A DNA stretch of 64,000 bases from Bacillales bacterium UBA1188. Lineage in GTDB: Bacteria; Bacillota_I; Bacilli_A; Izemoplasmatales; UBA1188. Below the pieces are notes generated by a model, which saw nothing but the letters and a program-made list of their open reading frames with translations, did not search any database and was not told the origin of the DNA. Of the stretch, positions 9,217-18,682 are shown one piece after another. The stretch is taken from the NCBI GenBank assembly GCA_002310135.1, contig DBYK01000003.1:24939-88938 (forward strand), given 5' to 3'. The position numbers were made by a program, and so were the translations under genes. Positions within the stretch are counted from its first letter, which is position 1. Every line of letters begins with the position of its first letter.

Positions 9217-9573
9217 TTAATAGTCTTCGTTTGATACTTCATTTGTTGAATTATTTTGTGAGACATATATTATTTTTTCACCAATAATCCTTACTTCATT
9301 CACCTTCTTGCCTTCTTTGTTTTCGTATTTGTTCTCTTCAAGTCTTCCTTTTACAATAATAATTGAGCCAACTTTACAGTTATTAGCTACTTGTTGAGCC
9401 ATTCCTTGCCACAATACAATATTGAAGAAGTCAGTTTCAAATTCTTGAGTTTCTCTACTTCTAAATGGCCTTGGTACTGCAACTCTAATTTGGCATACTT
9501 TTTTATTATCATCTACTTCTACTAATTTTGGTTCGAATACTAATCTACCAGCTAATAATATTTGATTAAACAT
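9217..9573 (-). CDS. ssb: Single-stranded DNA-binding protein, short SsbB-like form
   Basis: One OB fold (NQILLAGRLVFEPKL, DFFNIVLWQGMAQ, GSIIIVKGRLE). I place the start at the ATG preceded by GGAGG (9581-9585) rather than at the track's upstream Met. There is no Gly-rich tail or DDDLPF tip. Confidence 0.75.
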   Translation of the reverse strand: MFNQILLAGRLVFEPKLVEVDDNKKVCQIRVAVPRPFRSRETQEFETDFFNIVLWQGMAQQVANNCKVGSIIIVKGRLEENKYENKEGKKVNEVRIIGEKIIYVSQNNSTNEVSNEDY

Positions 9574-9867
9574 AATAGTTCCTCCGTAATCAAATATATT
9601 CTTAATATCAAATAAAACATAATTATGCATTTTTAAATGAGATATATATGAAATCATATATTTCTATCAAAACTAATTCTTCTTTATTTAATATAGCCAA
9701 TTTTAGTCATTATTTTGAAATTCGTAATAACTTTTTAATTTATCAAAAATAGTAGAATTGGAAATATTTGGTTAAATATAACAAAGTAATTTTTAGTTTT
9801 TTAAAGCAAACGTTTTTCTTAATTTCGAAAATATTCATATATTTAATATTTTTTTTAAAATATACTA

Positions 9868-9896
9868 TTGATTTTATAATTGTCAAAATATATAAT
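9868..9896 (+). promoter_or_regulatory. Sigma-70-type promoter for the alpha/beta hydrolase gene
   Basis: TTGATT (9868-9873), a 17-nt spacer, then TATAAT (9891-9896). It ends 9 nt before the GAGGTG RBS. Confidence 0.55.
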
Positions 9897-9916
9897 AAAT
9901 ACATGAGGTGACTCGT

Positions 9917-10825
9917 ATGGATAAAAAGATGTTGACTACATCCAAAAATCATGATGTAGTTTTATACGTTTATGACGATGTCAAGAATCCTAAAGCTGTT
10001 ATTCAAATTGTCCATGGAGCCTCTGAACATTTTACAAGATACGAAGATTTTATCAAATTTTTAAATGAAAAGGGTTTTATATGCGTTGGCAATGACATTC
10101 TAGGTCATGGTGATTCATCTCATGCTGATGCAAATTACATATATTTCGAAAAAGATGAAGCATATGAATCCATTACAATGGTTAAGGATTATGCTTTAAA
10201 AGAATATCCAGATTACCCTTTATATCTATTAGGACATTCAATGGGTTCTTTCCTAGCTAGAAAGTTATTAATTGATTATCCTGATGCTTATAAAAAAGCA
10301 ATTATTTCTGGGACAACTACAATGCCTTTATTCTTAACAAAAGCAGCTAAAACACTAGCTTCAATTACAAGATTATTTAGAGGTGCAAAAGGCATATCTC
10401 CATTACTAAGCGAATTAGGAATGAACGGTCTTCCTAAGAAGATGCAAAAAGCTAATTTACTTCCTGATGGTGATTTATGGATAACACATAGGCCTGAAAT
10501 CGCTAAATATTATCAAGAATCTCCAATTTGTGGCGAAGATTTCACTGTAGCAGCTTATCAAGGAATGTTTTCTTGGATAGATTATGTTTCTAATAAGAAA
10601 AATGTTAATAAAGGTAATAAAAATACACCTATTTTATTTATTTCTGGACAAGAAGATCCACTAAGTACATTTGGTAAAGATATAGAAACAACAGTAAAAA
10701 TGTATCAAGAGCTTGAATATCATTATATTGAATCAATTATATATGATAATATGAGACATGAAGTGCTTAATGAGATAGATAATCAAAAAGTATACGAAGA
10801 TTGCAATAGATTCTTTGAAATTTAG
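9917..10825 (+). CDS. Alpha/beta hydrolase (lysophospholipase/monoacylglycerol lipase-like)
   Basis: About 302 aa with an HG oxyanion motif (VHGASEH), nucleophile elbow GHSMGS and a late His (MRHEVL). The ATG at 9917 follows GAGGTG. The track start at 9908 is a GTG inside the RBS. Confidence 0.75.
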   Translation: MDKKMLTTSKNHDVVLYVYDDVKNPKAVIQIVHGASEHFTRYEDFIKFLNEKGFICVGNDILGHGDSSHADANYIYFEKDEAYESITMVKDYALKEYPDYPLYLLGHSMGSFLARKLLIDYPDAYKKAIISGTTTMPLFLTKAAKTLASITRLFRGAKGISPLLSELGMNGLPKKMQKANLLPDGDLWITHRPEIAKYYQESPICGEDFTVAAYQGMFSWIDYVSNKKNVNKGNKNTPILFISGQEDPLSTFGKDIETTVKMYQELEYHYIESIIYDNMRHEVLNEIDNQKVYEDCNRFFEI

Positions 10826-10858
10826 TTATAAATTATTAAATTTAATATAAATTATAAG

Positions 10859-10880
10859 AGCTGGAGAACTCCGGCTTTAT
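10859..10880 (+). terminator. Terminator of the hydrolase gene
   Basis: AGCTGGA pairs with TCCGGCT (7 bp including one G-U) across a 4-nt loop, followed by TTTAT. Confidence 0.45.
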
Positions 10881-10957
10881 CACTTTTAAATACAAAAATA
10901 TATACTTAAAATACTATTAAGTTAAAAAACGTTTGCATTATTTTATATAATCAAAAT

Positions 10958-10990
10958 AAAAAAGAGCTATAAAGCTCCTTTTTTTTATTG
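10958..10990 (-). terminator. Terminator of deoD
   Basis: On the minus strand GGAGCT-TTAT-AGCTCT is followed by a T-rich run. It lies 11 nt after the deoD stop. Confidence 0.45.
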
Positions 10991-11000
10991 AAATATAATC

Positions 11001-11714
11001 TTATAATTTAATAGCAGATTCTAAAGCAAGAGTAATCATCTTATTGAATGATTTTTCTCTTTGTTCTGGTGTTGTTTCTTGATGAGTACATAATGAATCA
11101 CTTATTGTAACAATACAAGCAGCATTTTTATTTAATACTTTAGCATTTGCAAACAAAGCGAATGATTCCATTTCAACACAATAGCAATTCATATCATCAA
11201 CTACCTTCTTATAGTTTGATTTAGATTCATGATAGAAAACATCTGATGAATGAATTCTTCCTTTGATAATTTCATAATTTAACTGACTTGCAGTATCCTC
11301 GATGATATTGTTTAATTCAGTGCTAGGGTCCAAAACGTTTGCATTAATTCCATTAAATATACTTGCAAATGTCGATTCACTATATGCATCATTTGCCAGT
11401 ACAATATCGAATAAATTCAATTCATTTAAGTAAGCTCCAGCTGAACCAATTCTTATAATATTATCTACATCATAGAACTTATATAACTCATAAGAATAGA
11501 TTCCAATTGATGGCATACCCATGCCAGAACCCATAACAGATATTCTTTTCCCTTTATAAGTTCCAGTATAACCAAACATATTTCTAACTTTATTAAAACA
11601 AACAACATCTTCTAAGAAATTATCAGCAATATATTTGGCTCTTAATGGATCGCCAGGCATAAGTACTGTCTTTGCAATATCTCCGTTTTTTGCTTTATTA
11701 TGTGGTGTGGACAT
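11001..11714 (-). CDS. deoD: Purine nucleoside phosphorylase, DeoD type
   Basis: 237 aa with MSTPH, LMPGDPLRAKYIA, VMGSGMGMPS, and CVEMES. Confidence 0.9.
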   Translation of the reverse strand: MSTPHNKAKNGDIAKTVLMPGDPLRAKYIADNFLEDVVCFNKVRNMFGYTGTYKGKRISVMGSGMGMPSIGIYSYELYKFYDVDNIIRIGSAGAYLNELNLFDIVLANDAYSESTFASIFNGINANVLDPSTELNNIIEDTASQLNYEIIKGRIHSSDVFYHESKSNYKKVVDDMNCYCVEMESFALFANAKVLNKNAACIVTISDSLCTHQETTPEQREKSFNKMITLALESAIKL

Positions 11715-11723
11715 AAAACCTCC

Positions 11724-12362
11724 TTATTTTACTATTTCTACTCCTTTTGAAGTACCTATTCTAGATGCGCCAGCTTTAGTCATATTTAGTGCATCTTCTT
11801 TATTTGAGATTCCACCAGAAGCTTTAACTTTTGCATCATTTCCTACAGTTTTATACATTAATTCTACATTTTCAACAGTTGCATTTCCAGTTCCAAAGCC
11901 AGTGGATGTTTTAACAAAATCAGCACCAGCTTTAACTGATATTTTGCATGCTTCTACTATTTCTTCTTTTGTAAGATAACAAGTTTCAATAATAACCTTT
12001 AATACTAAAGATTTGCACACGTTTTTGATTTTTTTGATTTCATTATAAACATAATCGTAGTCTTTATCTTTAAGTTTTGCAACGTTTATAACCATATCTA
12101 TTTCTTGTGCACCTTTTTTAATCGCGTCTTCAGTTTCAAACACTTTAGTTTCAGTAGTATTTTGGCCTAGAGGGAATCCAATTACTGTACAGACTAAACA
12201 ATCACTACCTTTAAGTAGTTCTTTAGCTAAAGGAATATTACAAGGATTTACACAAACACTTTTAAAACCATATTCTTTAGCTTCTTCACATAATTTAACA
12301 ATTACATCTTTTTCCCCGAATGCTTTTAAATATGTATGATCTATTAACTTATTTAATTCCAT
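11724..12362 (-). CDS. deoC: Deoxyribose-phosphate aldolase
   Basis: 212 aa with IDHTYLK, VCVNP, and Schiff-base lysine context DFVKTSTGF, plus KASGGI. Confidence 0.9.
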   Translation of the reverse strand: MELNKLIDHTYLKAFGEKDVIVKLCEEAKEYGFKSVCVNPCNIPLAKELLKGSDCLVCTVIGFPLGQNTTETKVFETEDAIKKGAQEIDMVINVAKLKDKDYDYVYNEIKKIKNVCKSLVLKVIIETCYLTKEEIVEACKISVKAGADFVKTSTGFGTGNATVENVELMYKTVGNDAKVKASGGISNKEDALNMTKAGASRIGTSKGVEIVK

Positions 12363-12370
12363 ATTTCCTC

Positions 12371-12649
12371 CTATAAAACTATAGCTAAATATCTAATTAA
12401 TTCAAGTAATAAATAATATAAAATTAGTCCTAATGTTGCGCCTAAATCAAATCCACCAAGTATTAATTTATTTGATACTATTTTCATGAATGGACTTGAG
12501 ATTTTCTCAAATAAATTAAAGATTTTAGTTCCATAAAGTGGACTAATCCAAGTCATTATAAAGAATATAACTATTAGAAGATAATATATTAGTCCTATAT
12601 AGTATAATATTTGAAAAAAATATCCAAAAATAGATAAAAAATTAAACAT
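12371..12649 (-). CDS. YggT-family membrane protein
   Basis: 92 aa with two hydrophobic helices. It lies directly downstream of the sepF-like gene, as in the Firmicute ylmF-ylmG pair. Confidence 0.65.
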   Translation of the reverse strand: MFNFLSIFGYFFQILYYIGLIYYLLIVIFFIMTWISPLYGTKIFNLFEKISSPFMKIVSNKLILGGFDLGATLGLILYYLLLELIRYLAIVL

Positions 12650-12655
12650 TATTAA

Positions 12656-12943
12656 TTATTTCCCATATTTTTGTATAAATGCTTTTAATTCAGGGTCTTT
12701 ATAATGTTCTTTTAAAGCAAATATAAATATATTCTTAGATAATGGTTTTACATAACCATCAACTGAATAATTAACCCCTGATAAGAAATATAGGACTTTG
12801 TCTCCTTGATCTTTTGGACAATCATTAAAATCTAGACATAAAGGTGTTCCTTCAAGCATTAGATTTGCAAATTTTAAAGTATTTGAATCATCTTCAACTT
12901 TACTAAATTTCATTATTTTCATTATGTTATCATCTTTTTTCAT
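12656..12943 (-). CDS. sepF: SepF-like cell-division protein, core domain only
   Basis: DKVLYFLSGVNYSVDGYVKPLSKNIFIFA parallels the SepF core ([27 protein letters not shown]). I place the start at the ATG preceded by AGGTGA. Confidence 0.6.
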   Translation of the reverse strand: MKKDDNIMKIMKFSKVEDDSNTLKFANLMLEGTPLCLDFNDCPKDQGDKVLYFLSGVNYSVDGYVKPLSKNIFIFALKEHYKDPELKAFIQKYGK

Positions 12944-12971
12944 ATATATCACCTAAATTAATTATATCATA

Positions 12972-13574
12972 TTAATTTTTGTTTTTTTCGTAATAGGAAT
13001 ATCTACATCCACAATAATCTTGTCTATATAAACCAAATTCTTTAGAATTTTTAATAGAATTTTTGTATCCATCTTTTTTCTTAAAATCAGAATATAAATA
13101 TTTGACACCATATTTATTCTCTAATTCCTGACCAATTTCATTTAAAATGACAGCGTTTTTATATGGAGAAATAGATAGAGTTGTTGTGAAATATTTGAAA
13201 TTATGTTCTTTTGCGTATCTAGCTGTGAATTCTAGCCTTAATCTATAACATATATGGCATCTTTCTTGACCTTCTCTATCATTTTCATGACCGATAACTT
13301 TATTTAAGAATTCATCTTCATTGTAATCTACATCAATTATTTCAAAATTATAATGTTGTTTAAGTTTTTCAAACATGTCATATCTTAAATCGTATTCATC
13401 TTTAGGATAAATATTTGGATTGTAATATAAAAGAACGATATCAAAATAAGGACTTAATTGATCAAATACACCACTTGTGCATGGAGCGCAACACACGTGG
13501 AGTAATATCTTTTCTTTTTTAGTTTTTAATTCTTTTAATTTATTTTCAGTTTCAACTTTATTCAATTGATTCAC
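12972..13574 (-). CDS. queH: Epoxyqueuosine reductase QueH
   Basis: 200 aa. The DUF208 cysteine pattern is present: HVCCAPCTS, CHICYRLRL, and DYCGCRYS. Confidence 0.85.
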   Translation of the reverse strand: MNQLNKVETENKLKELKTKKEKILLHVCCAPCTSGVFDQLSPYFDIVLLYYNPNIYPKDEYDLRYDMFEKLKQHYNFEIIDVDYNEDEFLNKVIGHENDREGQERCHICYRLRLEFTARYAKEHNFKYFTTTLSISPYKNAVILNEIGQELENKYGVKYLYSDFKKKDGYKNSIKNSKEFGLYRQDYCGCRYSYYEKNKN

Positions 13575-14724
13575 CCACTTTAATCCCGCTTAATATTGCG
13601 AATGATATATTATATCCTCCACATGGAGCATCACAATCTAATATATCACCTGAAAAATATAGGCCACTAAATTTATTTGATTCTAATTCTTCATTTATTT
13701 CTTTAGAATCTATTCCACCACATGTAACTTGTGCATGCTCAAAATCACCTAAAGAATCTATTTCAAATTTAAATGATTTGATATCATTTATTATATCATT
13801 TAAATTATTACATCTTTGATATAGAATATTGGCTAAATTTGGATGAAATAAACCTAATAATGTTTTATTTAAATCATTTTCTTTTTTAAATAATTTTAAT
13901 AAATCATCTTTAGAATAATCTTCCATAAAATCTATTGTCAAATATGGTTTAGATATTAAATGATTTTTATATAAATATGCCAGTTTAGATGAGACATTAA
14001 AAGTAACAATCCCAGATATTGCTTTATCTTTAAATAATATTTCACCACTTTCACTATAAATATGATCATTGCTATTATATAGTGATATGCATGCTTTAAA
14101 TCTCAATCCAGATAATTCTTTTAATACATCTGTTTCTTTACAATTAATATAAATGTTTGATGGAAAAATATCAGTAAAATTAATACCTAAAGATTTTATA
14201 GATTTAAAAATAATGCCATCTGAGCCCAAGCTTGGATAATTAATTGACCCAGTAGATATTAAAATATTTTTTGATTTAAATTCTTTATTATCTATAGATA
14301 ATAGAGTCCATATTTTTGATGATTTATCATATTCAATACTTATTATAGTTGTCTTTAATAGGACATCATCTTCATTTATTAAAGATGTTAGTAATGTTTG
14401 AACTGATTTAGCGCTATTAGAATATGGATAGAATCTTCCTTCTTCATCTTTATAATATACAATTCCTAAATCATCAAAAAGTGATAATATCTTTTTATTA
14501 TTAATAATTAGGTTTTTGAAATTTTCACCATTATTATATTTTTTATAATTTAAATAATCATTTGTGAAGTTGCATTTACCATTGCCACTAATAGATAGTT
14601 TTTTTAATAATGAATTATTTCTTTCAATTATTAAACATTTTGAATTTGGTTTTCTCTTTTTATAAGTAAGGTATGAAAAAACTCCTGATATACCACCACC
14701 AATAATTATAAAGTCATATATCAT
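13558..14724 (-). CDS. NAD(P)/FAD-binding flavoprotein of the HI0933/BaiN family
   Basis: 388 aa with a dinucleotide fold (IIIGGGISG), KLSISGNGKCNFTN, and QVTCGGIDSKEI and SGDILDCDAPCGGYN near the C-terminus. Confidence 0.75.
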   Translation of the reverse strand: MIYDFIIIGGGISGVFSYLTYKKRKPNSKCLIIERNNSLLKKLSISGNGKCNFTNDYLNYKKYNNGENFKNLIINNKKILSLFDDLGIVYYKDEEGRFYPYSNSAKSVQTLLTSLINEDDVLLKTTIISIEYDKSSKIWTLLSIDNKEFKSKNILISTGSINYPSLGSDGIIFKSIKSLGINFTDIFPSNIYINCKETDVLKELSGLRFKACISLYNSNDHIYSESGEILFKDKAISGIVTFNVSSKLAYLYKNHLISKPYLTIDFMEDYSKDDLLKLFKKENDLNKTLLGLFHPNLANILYQRCNNLNDIINDIKSFKFEIDSLGDFEHAQVTCGGIDSKEINEELESNKFSGLYFSGDILDCDAPCGGYNISFAILSGIKVGESIE

Positions 14725-15623
14725 TTTTTCTTCCCCCTAAGTTCATTTAATTTAGTTTCAAAATAAGGAGGAAGTGGATAACTAAATTCTTTATATTCTT
14801 TAGTTTCAGGGTCTAAATATCCTATTATTCCAGCATGTAAATATTGACCATTTTCTCTTCCTTTACTAGATTTTGAATAAAGAGGATCTCCAAATATAGA
14901 ATGACCAATATAATCCATATGAACTCTTATTTGATGAGTTCTTCCAGTCTTTAAAACACACTCTATAAATGTATAATCTTTAAATCTTTCTATTACATGA
15001 AATGTAGTAATTGATTCTTTTCCGCCTTCAATTACTTTATATTTAAGTCTATTCTTAGGGTCTCTTCCTATTGGAGCATTTATTATGCCATTATTTTCAA
15101 GTATTATTCCATGAACAAGAGCATAATATACTCTTCTAATAGTTTTATTCTTTAATTGATTTGAAAGTGATGTATGAGCTTTATCGTTTTTCGCAACTAA
15201 TAATAATCCTGTAGTATCTTTATCAATTCTATGAACGATTCCTGGCCTAATTACGCCATTTATTGTGGATAATTCATCTAATGAATAAAGCAGTCCATTA
15301 ACTAATGTTTTATCATAATTTCCAGCTGCAGGATGAACCACCATTCCTTTAGGTTTATATATCACGGCGACATTTTTGTCTTGATATATAATCTCTATAT
15401 TTAGATTTTCTGGAGTTAAATCTATTTTTTTAGGTTCTAATAATTCATATTCAATTTTTTGATTCATTTTTAAAATATAATTAGATTTAACTATTTTTCC
15501 ATCAACAAACACAAGTTCACTATCTATCATTTTTTGAACTTGTGTTCTAGATATATCAAGAACTTTAGATAAATACTTATCTATTCTTTTTTCATCTTCA
15601 TCTAAATATGTGATTTTATGCAT
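14721..15623 (-). CDS. rluD: 23S rRNA pseudouridine synthase, RluD subfamily
   Basis: 300 aa with an S4 domain and the catalytic HRIDKDTTGLLLVAK motif, plus GRTHQIRVH. The lspA-rluD adjacency is conserved. Confidence 0.85.
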   Translation of the reverse strand: MHKITYLDEDEKRIDKYLSKVLDISRTQVQKMIDSELVFVDGKIVKSNYILKMNQKIEYELLEPKKIDLTPENLNIEIIYQDKNVAVIYKPKGMVVHPAAGNYDKTLVNGLLYSLDELSTINGVIRPGIVHRIDKDTTGLLLVAKNDKAHTSLSNQLKNKTIRRVYYALVHGIILENNGIINAPIGRDPKNRLKYKVIEGGKESITTFHVIERFKDYTFIECVLKTGRTHQIRVHMDYIGHSIFGDPLYSKSSKGRENGQYLHAGIIGYLDPETKEYKEFSYPLPPYFETKLNELRGKKK

Positions 15624-16134
15624 TTTTTTCTTTATTCTTATTCTTCTTTGTATCTATAAATAAAATATATATTATAAACATAATAGACCCTATAACGAGG
15701 AAAATATCCGCAATGTTAAAGATAGGAAAAAAGTACTTTTCGAAGTGGAAACCATCCTTGAATGATGGATAATATAATATGAAACTTAAAAAATCAATTA
15801 CAGAGTGATCAGCTTGGAATAACCTATCTATAAAATTACCTATTGTCCCACCAAACAAGAAACCGAGTGTAACTATAAACCATTTATCTTTCTTAATGCT
15901 TAATTTAAAAGATAAAAATATGAATATTCCAAGTGCGATGATTGTTAAGAGGATTAATATCCAAAGCTTAACATCTATTCCCCAAGCTATTCCATCATTT
16001 CTCACATAACATATGTTAAAAAAATCCTTTATTACAGTTACAGAATCATAAAGAACCATATTATCTGTAATTATAAATTTAGTTAATTGATCAAGAATTA
16101 TTATACAAATTCCTATAATAAAAACATATAACAT
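15616..16134 (-). CDS. lspA: Lipoprotein signal peptidase (signal peptidase II)
   Basis: 172 aa with four helices. It has NDGIAWG, GGTIGNFIDR and FNIADI motifs. Confidence 0.85.
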   Translation of the reverse strand: MLYVFIIGICIIILDQLTKFIITDNMVLYDSVTVIKDFFNICYVRNDGIAWGIDVKLWILILLTIIALGIFIFLSFKLSIKKDKWFIVTLGFLFGGTIGNFIDRLFQADHSVIDFLSFILYYPSFKDGFHFEKYFFPIFNIADIFLVIGSIMFIIYILFIDTKKNKNKEKNA

Positions 16135-16142
16135 AATCTAAC

Positions 16143-16520
16143 CTACAAAACAATTATTGGAATAATAAATACAGCTGCTATAATGGTGGCTATAATAATT
16201 AATGTGAAGGTAATTAGAAAATCAATTAAAGTTATTAATTTATAATTTATATCTTCATCTTTTTTGTATCTTAATAAAATATTATTTCTAAATAGATAAA
16301 AAACACATGATAAGCCTGAGAATATTATGCAAGTTAAGATGAGCAAAAGATATGGTCTCATAAGGAATGATAAATAAAGCTGTATGAGGATTAAAATTAA
16401 TGGAATTGCAATAATTATCATCGCTAAAAAAGAGCCTAAATTAGACCTTCTAATTTCTTTTTTATCATATATCTCGTATATGAGATTTGTGCTCTTCTTA
16501 TACTCTTTTATAATATTCAT
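16143..16520 (-). CDS. Small polytopic membrane protein, function unknown
   Basis: 125 aa with 3-4 hydrophobic helices and no recognisable motif. It is tightly packed between the ylbL-like gene and lspA. Confidence 0.45.
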   Translation of the reverse strand: MNIIKEYKKSTNLIYEIYDKKEIRRSNLGSFLAMIIIAIPLILILIQLYLSFLMRPYLLLILTCIIFSGLSCVFYLFRNNILLRYKKDEDINYKLITLIDFLITFTLIIIATIIAAVFIIPIIVL

Positions 16521-16521
16521 T

Positions 16522-17604
16522 TTAACCTTTTAAATCATTTATAATATCTATTAAATATTCAACTTTAACTATTTTAATTTTATCTAAAATACCGTATTTA
16601 GTTGCGGCTTTTATGCATGCATCATAATTTTCTTTCGGACAATAAAATATATCCATATTATCGATATATGCTGCATATATCTTTTGTTCGACACAACCAA
16701 TTGGTCCTACTTTAGAAAATGATTCAATATTTCCATCTCCATCAAGACTATAAGAAATTGTTCCAGTTCCTGAAATCTTTCTTCCCTTAAGTAGGTCTTC
16801 TCTGCTTGATACTAAATAGATATACAAAGCTTCCATAGCGCCACCTGATGGGCCTTCAGTATAAACATTTGATATTTCAGTTTTTATTCCATCTTTTAAA
16901 GTGTATGTAGTTTTGATAGTTATTCCAAAGATTTCTGAATTATTTTGAAGTCTCTTTTTTATATTGATTGTGTATTCGTTTCCAATTTTATCTTCTATAT
17001 AGAGTGTCGCAATTTCACCAACATTTTTGGTTTTTAAATAATCTGATACTTCACTTACTTTAGGATTAGAATTTGGATTATTTTCATATCCTGTGACTTT
17101 TTTACCTACAATAAATAAATATGAATTCTCATTCTTAATATTAGAATCTAAGATTACACAATCAATATCTGAATTTGCGCTATAAATATATGTGAATTCG
17201 TTGTAGAAATCTACTTCATCTTCAATTAAGAGAGAGTATGCTGCAAGACTCGCATTATTAAAAGATTCATCACTATCAAATCTTCCGATAGCACTTGAGA
17301 GTTTAGGATCACTTGATGCAATATCTTCTTTAGTCATCTTATAAGTTACTGCATAAACTGCATCTTTGGTTAATAAATACTGAAATAGAGTTGGCCTTTC
17401 ATAAGTCAATACATAGACAGCAGAAACACTACCATTTAGATTATTATCCTTATCAACAATGGTAATCTTGTTTTTGATATCTGTAGTATTTCCTGGCAAA
17501 TATAGATAATAATCAACTCTTACTATGCATAAGAGGACAACTATTACATATATTGATGAAAAGCGGAAAAACCATTTTTGAAAATCTTTAAAAAATGATT
17601 TCAT
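16522..17604 (-). CDS. Membrane-anchored Lon-like (S16) serine protease, YlbL/SepM-like
   Basis: 360 aa with an N-terminal helix and a C-terminal Lon protease domain ([16 protein letters not shown]...KIYAA). Confidence 0.65.
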   Translation of the reverse strand: MKSFFKDFQKWFFRFSSIYVIVVLLCIVRVDYYLYLPGNTTDIKNKITIVDKDNNLNGSVSAVYVLTYERPTLFQYLLTKDAVYAVTYKMTKEDIASSDPKLSSAIGRFDSDESFNNASLAAYSLLIEDEVDFYNEFTYIYSANSDIDCVILDSNIKNENSYLFIVGKKVTGYENNPNSNPKVSEVSDYLKTKNVGEIATLYIEDKIGNEYTINIKKRLQNNSEIFGITIKTTYTLKDGIKTEISNVYTEGPSGGAMEALYIYLVSSREDLLKGRKISGTGTISYSLDGDGNIESFSKVGPIGCVEQKIYAAYIDNMDIFYCPKENYDACIKAATKYGILDKIKIVKVEYLIDIINDLKG

Positions 17605-18068
17605 TTAAGTGTAACTTCTATTTCCTTCATCTGTCTTGTCTTTATTCCAGCGAGTTCTAATAGTTTTCTTGATGCGACAACATTATCATCATCGTGATGA
17701 AAATCTTGCATATAAACTATTTCTTTTATGCCAGATTGAATTAATAGTTTTGTGCATTCATTACATGGGAAGAGTGAAACATAGATAGTTGCGCCTTTTA
17801 AATCTTTTGTAGAATTTAAAATAGCATTAGCTTCAGCATGTACTACATATGGATATTTAGTATCTAAATATGCTCCTGTTCTATCCCAAGGCAATAAATC
17901 ATCATTTATAACTCTTGGAACACCATTATAACCAATACCTATAATTTTGTTTTCATCATTTACGATGCAACAGCCAACTTGAGTGCCAGGATCCTTACTT
18001 CTTTTCGCAGATAGTAAAGCAACTCCCATAAAATATTCATCCCAAGAAATATAATCTAATCTTTTCAT
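17601..18068 (-). CDS. comEB: dCMP deaminase (ComEB type)
   Basis: 155 aa with zinc motifs HAEANAI and PCNECTK. Confidence 0.85.
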   Translation of the reverse strand: MKRLDYISWDEYFMGVALLSAKRSKDPGTQVGCCIVNDENKIIGIGYNGVPRVINDDLLPWDRTGAYLDTKYPYVVHAEANAILNSTKDLKGATIYVSLFPCNECTKLLIQSGIKEIVYMQDFHHDDDNVVASRKLLELAGIKTRQMKEIEVTLK

Positions 18069-18089
18069 ATTTTACTCCTATAGTTTTTA

Positions 18090-18118
18090 ATAAAGGCCGC
18101 AGATATAGCGGCCATAAA
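18090..18118 (-). terminator. Terminator after the two lipoprotein genes
   Basis: GGCCGC (18095-18100) pairs with GCGGCC (18108-18113) across a 7-nt loop. On the minus strand TTTATT follows. Confidence 0.55.
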
Positions 18119-18127
18119 GATTCTAAG

Positions 18128-18673
18128 TTATTTTGTATTTAATGCTTTGTTTCTAATGAATTCAACTAATTCTTTGCAAGTGAGTCTTAATGTAAGACTA
18201 GAATTTTCAAGTCTAGATTCACCTTCTGGAATTTCACTTGAAGTTCTAATATCTTCGTATCTAATGTAGATTTCAATACTTAAAGTTGAAACTTCATCAT
18301 AACCTTCACTATCAGTAGTGACTAGAATAAATGGTGCACTATATGTAGCGCTATTCTTTTCAAAATTAAGAGTTGTTTTATCTCCATCAGTAATAACATT
18401 ATATGAACTTGAATATCCACCAATTTCAATTTTATGTTTTTGAAGAGAATATCTAGTATCTTTTAAAACCATATAAACATTCTTTAGCGCTTCATCTTCA
18501 ATTGTAATATATAAATCACCAAATGCTAATTTGTCTCCAATATAATGTAGAACAAATGTTGTGCCTTTTTGTGATTCAATTTCTAAATTACCTGCTGCAT
18601 TTGTTCTTTTTTGGCATGAAGCTAATGTGAAACATAATGCTATTAAAACTAATAATAAACCTATTTTTTTCAT
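18128..18673 (-). CDS. Lipoprotein, function unknown
   Basis: 181 aa. The signal peptide has a lipobox (LIALCFTLASC). Confidence 0.65.
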   Translation of the reverse strand: MKKIGLLLVLIALCFTLASCQKRTNAAGNLEIESQKGTTFVLHYIGDKLAFGDLYITIEDEALKNVYMVLKDTRYSLQKHKIEIGGYSSSYNVITDGDKTTLNFEKNSATYSAPFILVTTDSEGYDEVSTLSIEIYIRYEDIRTSSEIPEGESRLENSSLTLRLTCKELVEFIRNKALNTK

Positions 18674-18682
18674 ATATTACTC

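Noticed and set aside
9530-9538. A GGTTCGAAT string resembling a tRNA T-loop.
   Set aside because: It lies inside the ssb coding sequence. There is no acceptor stem, D-arm or anticodon arm that could be folded around it.
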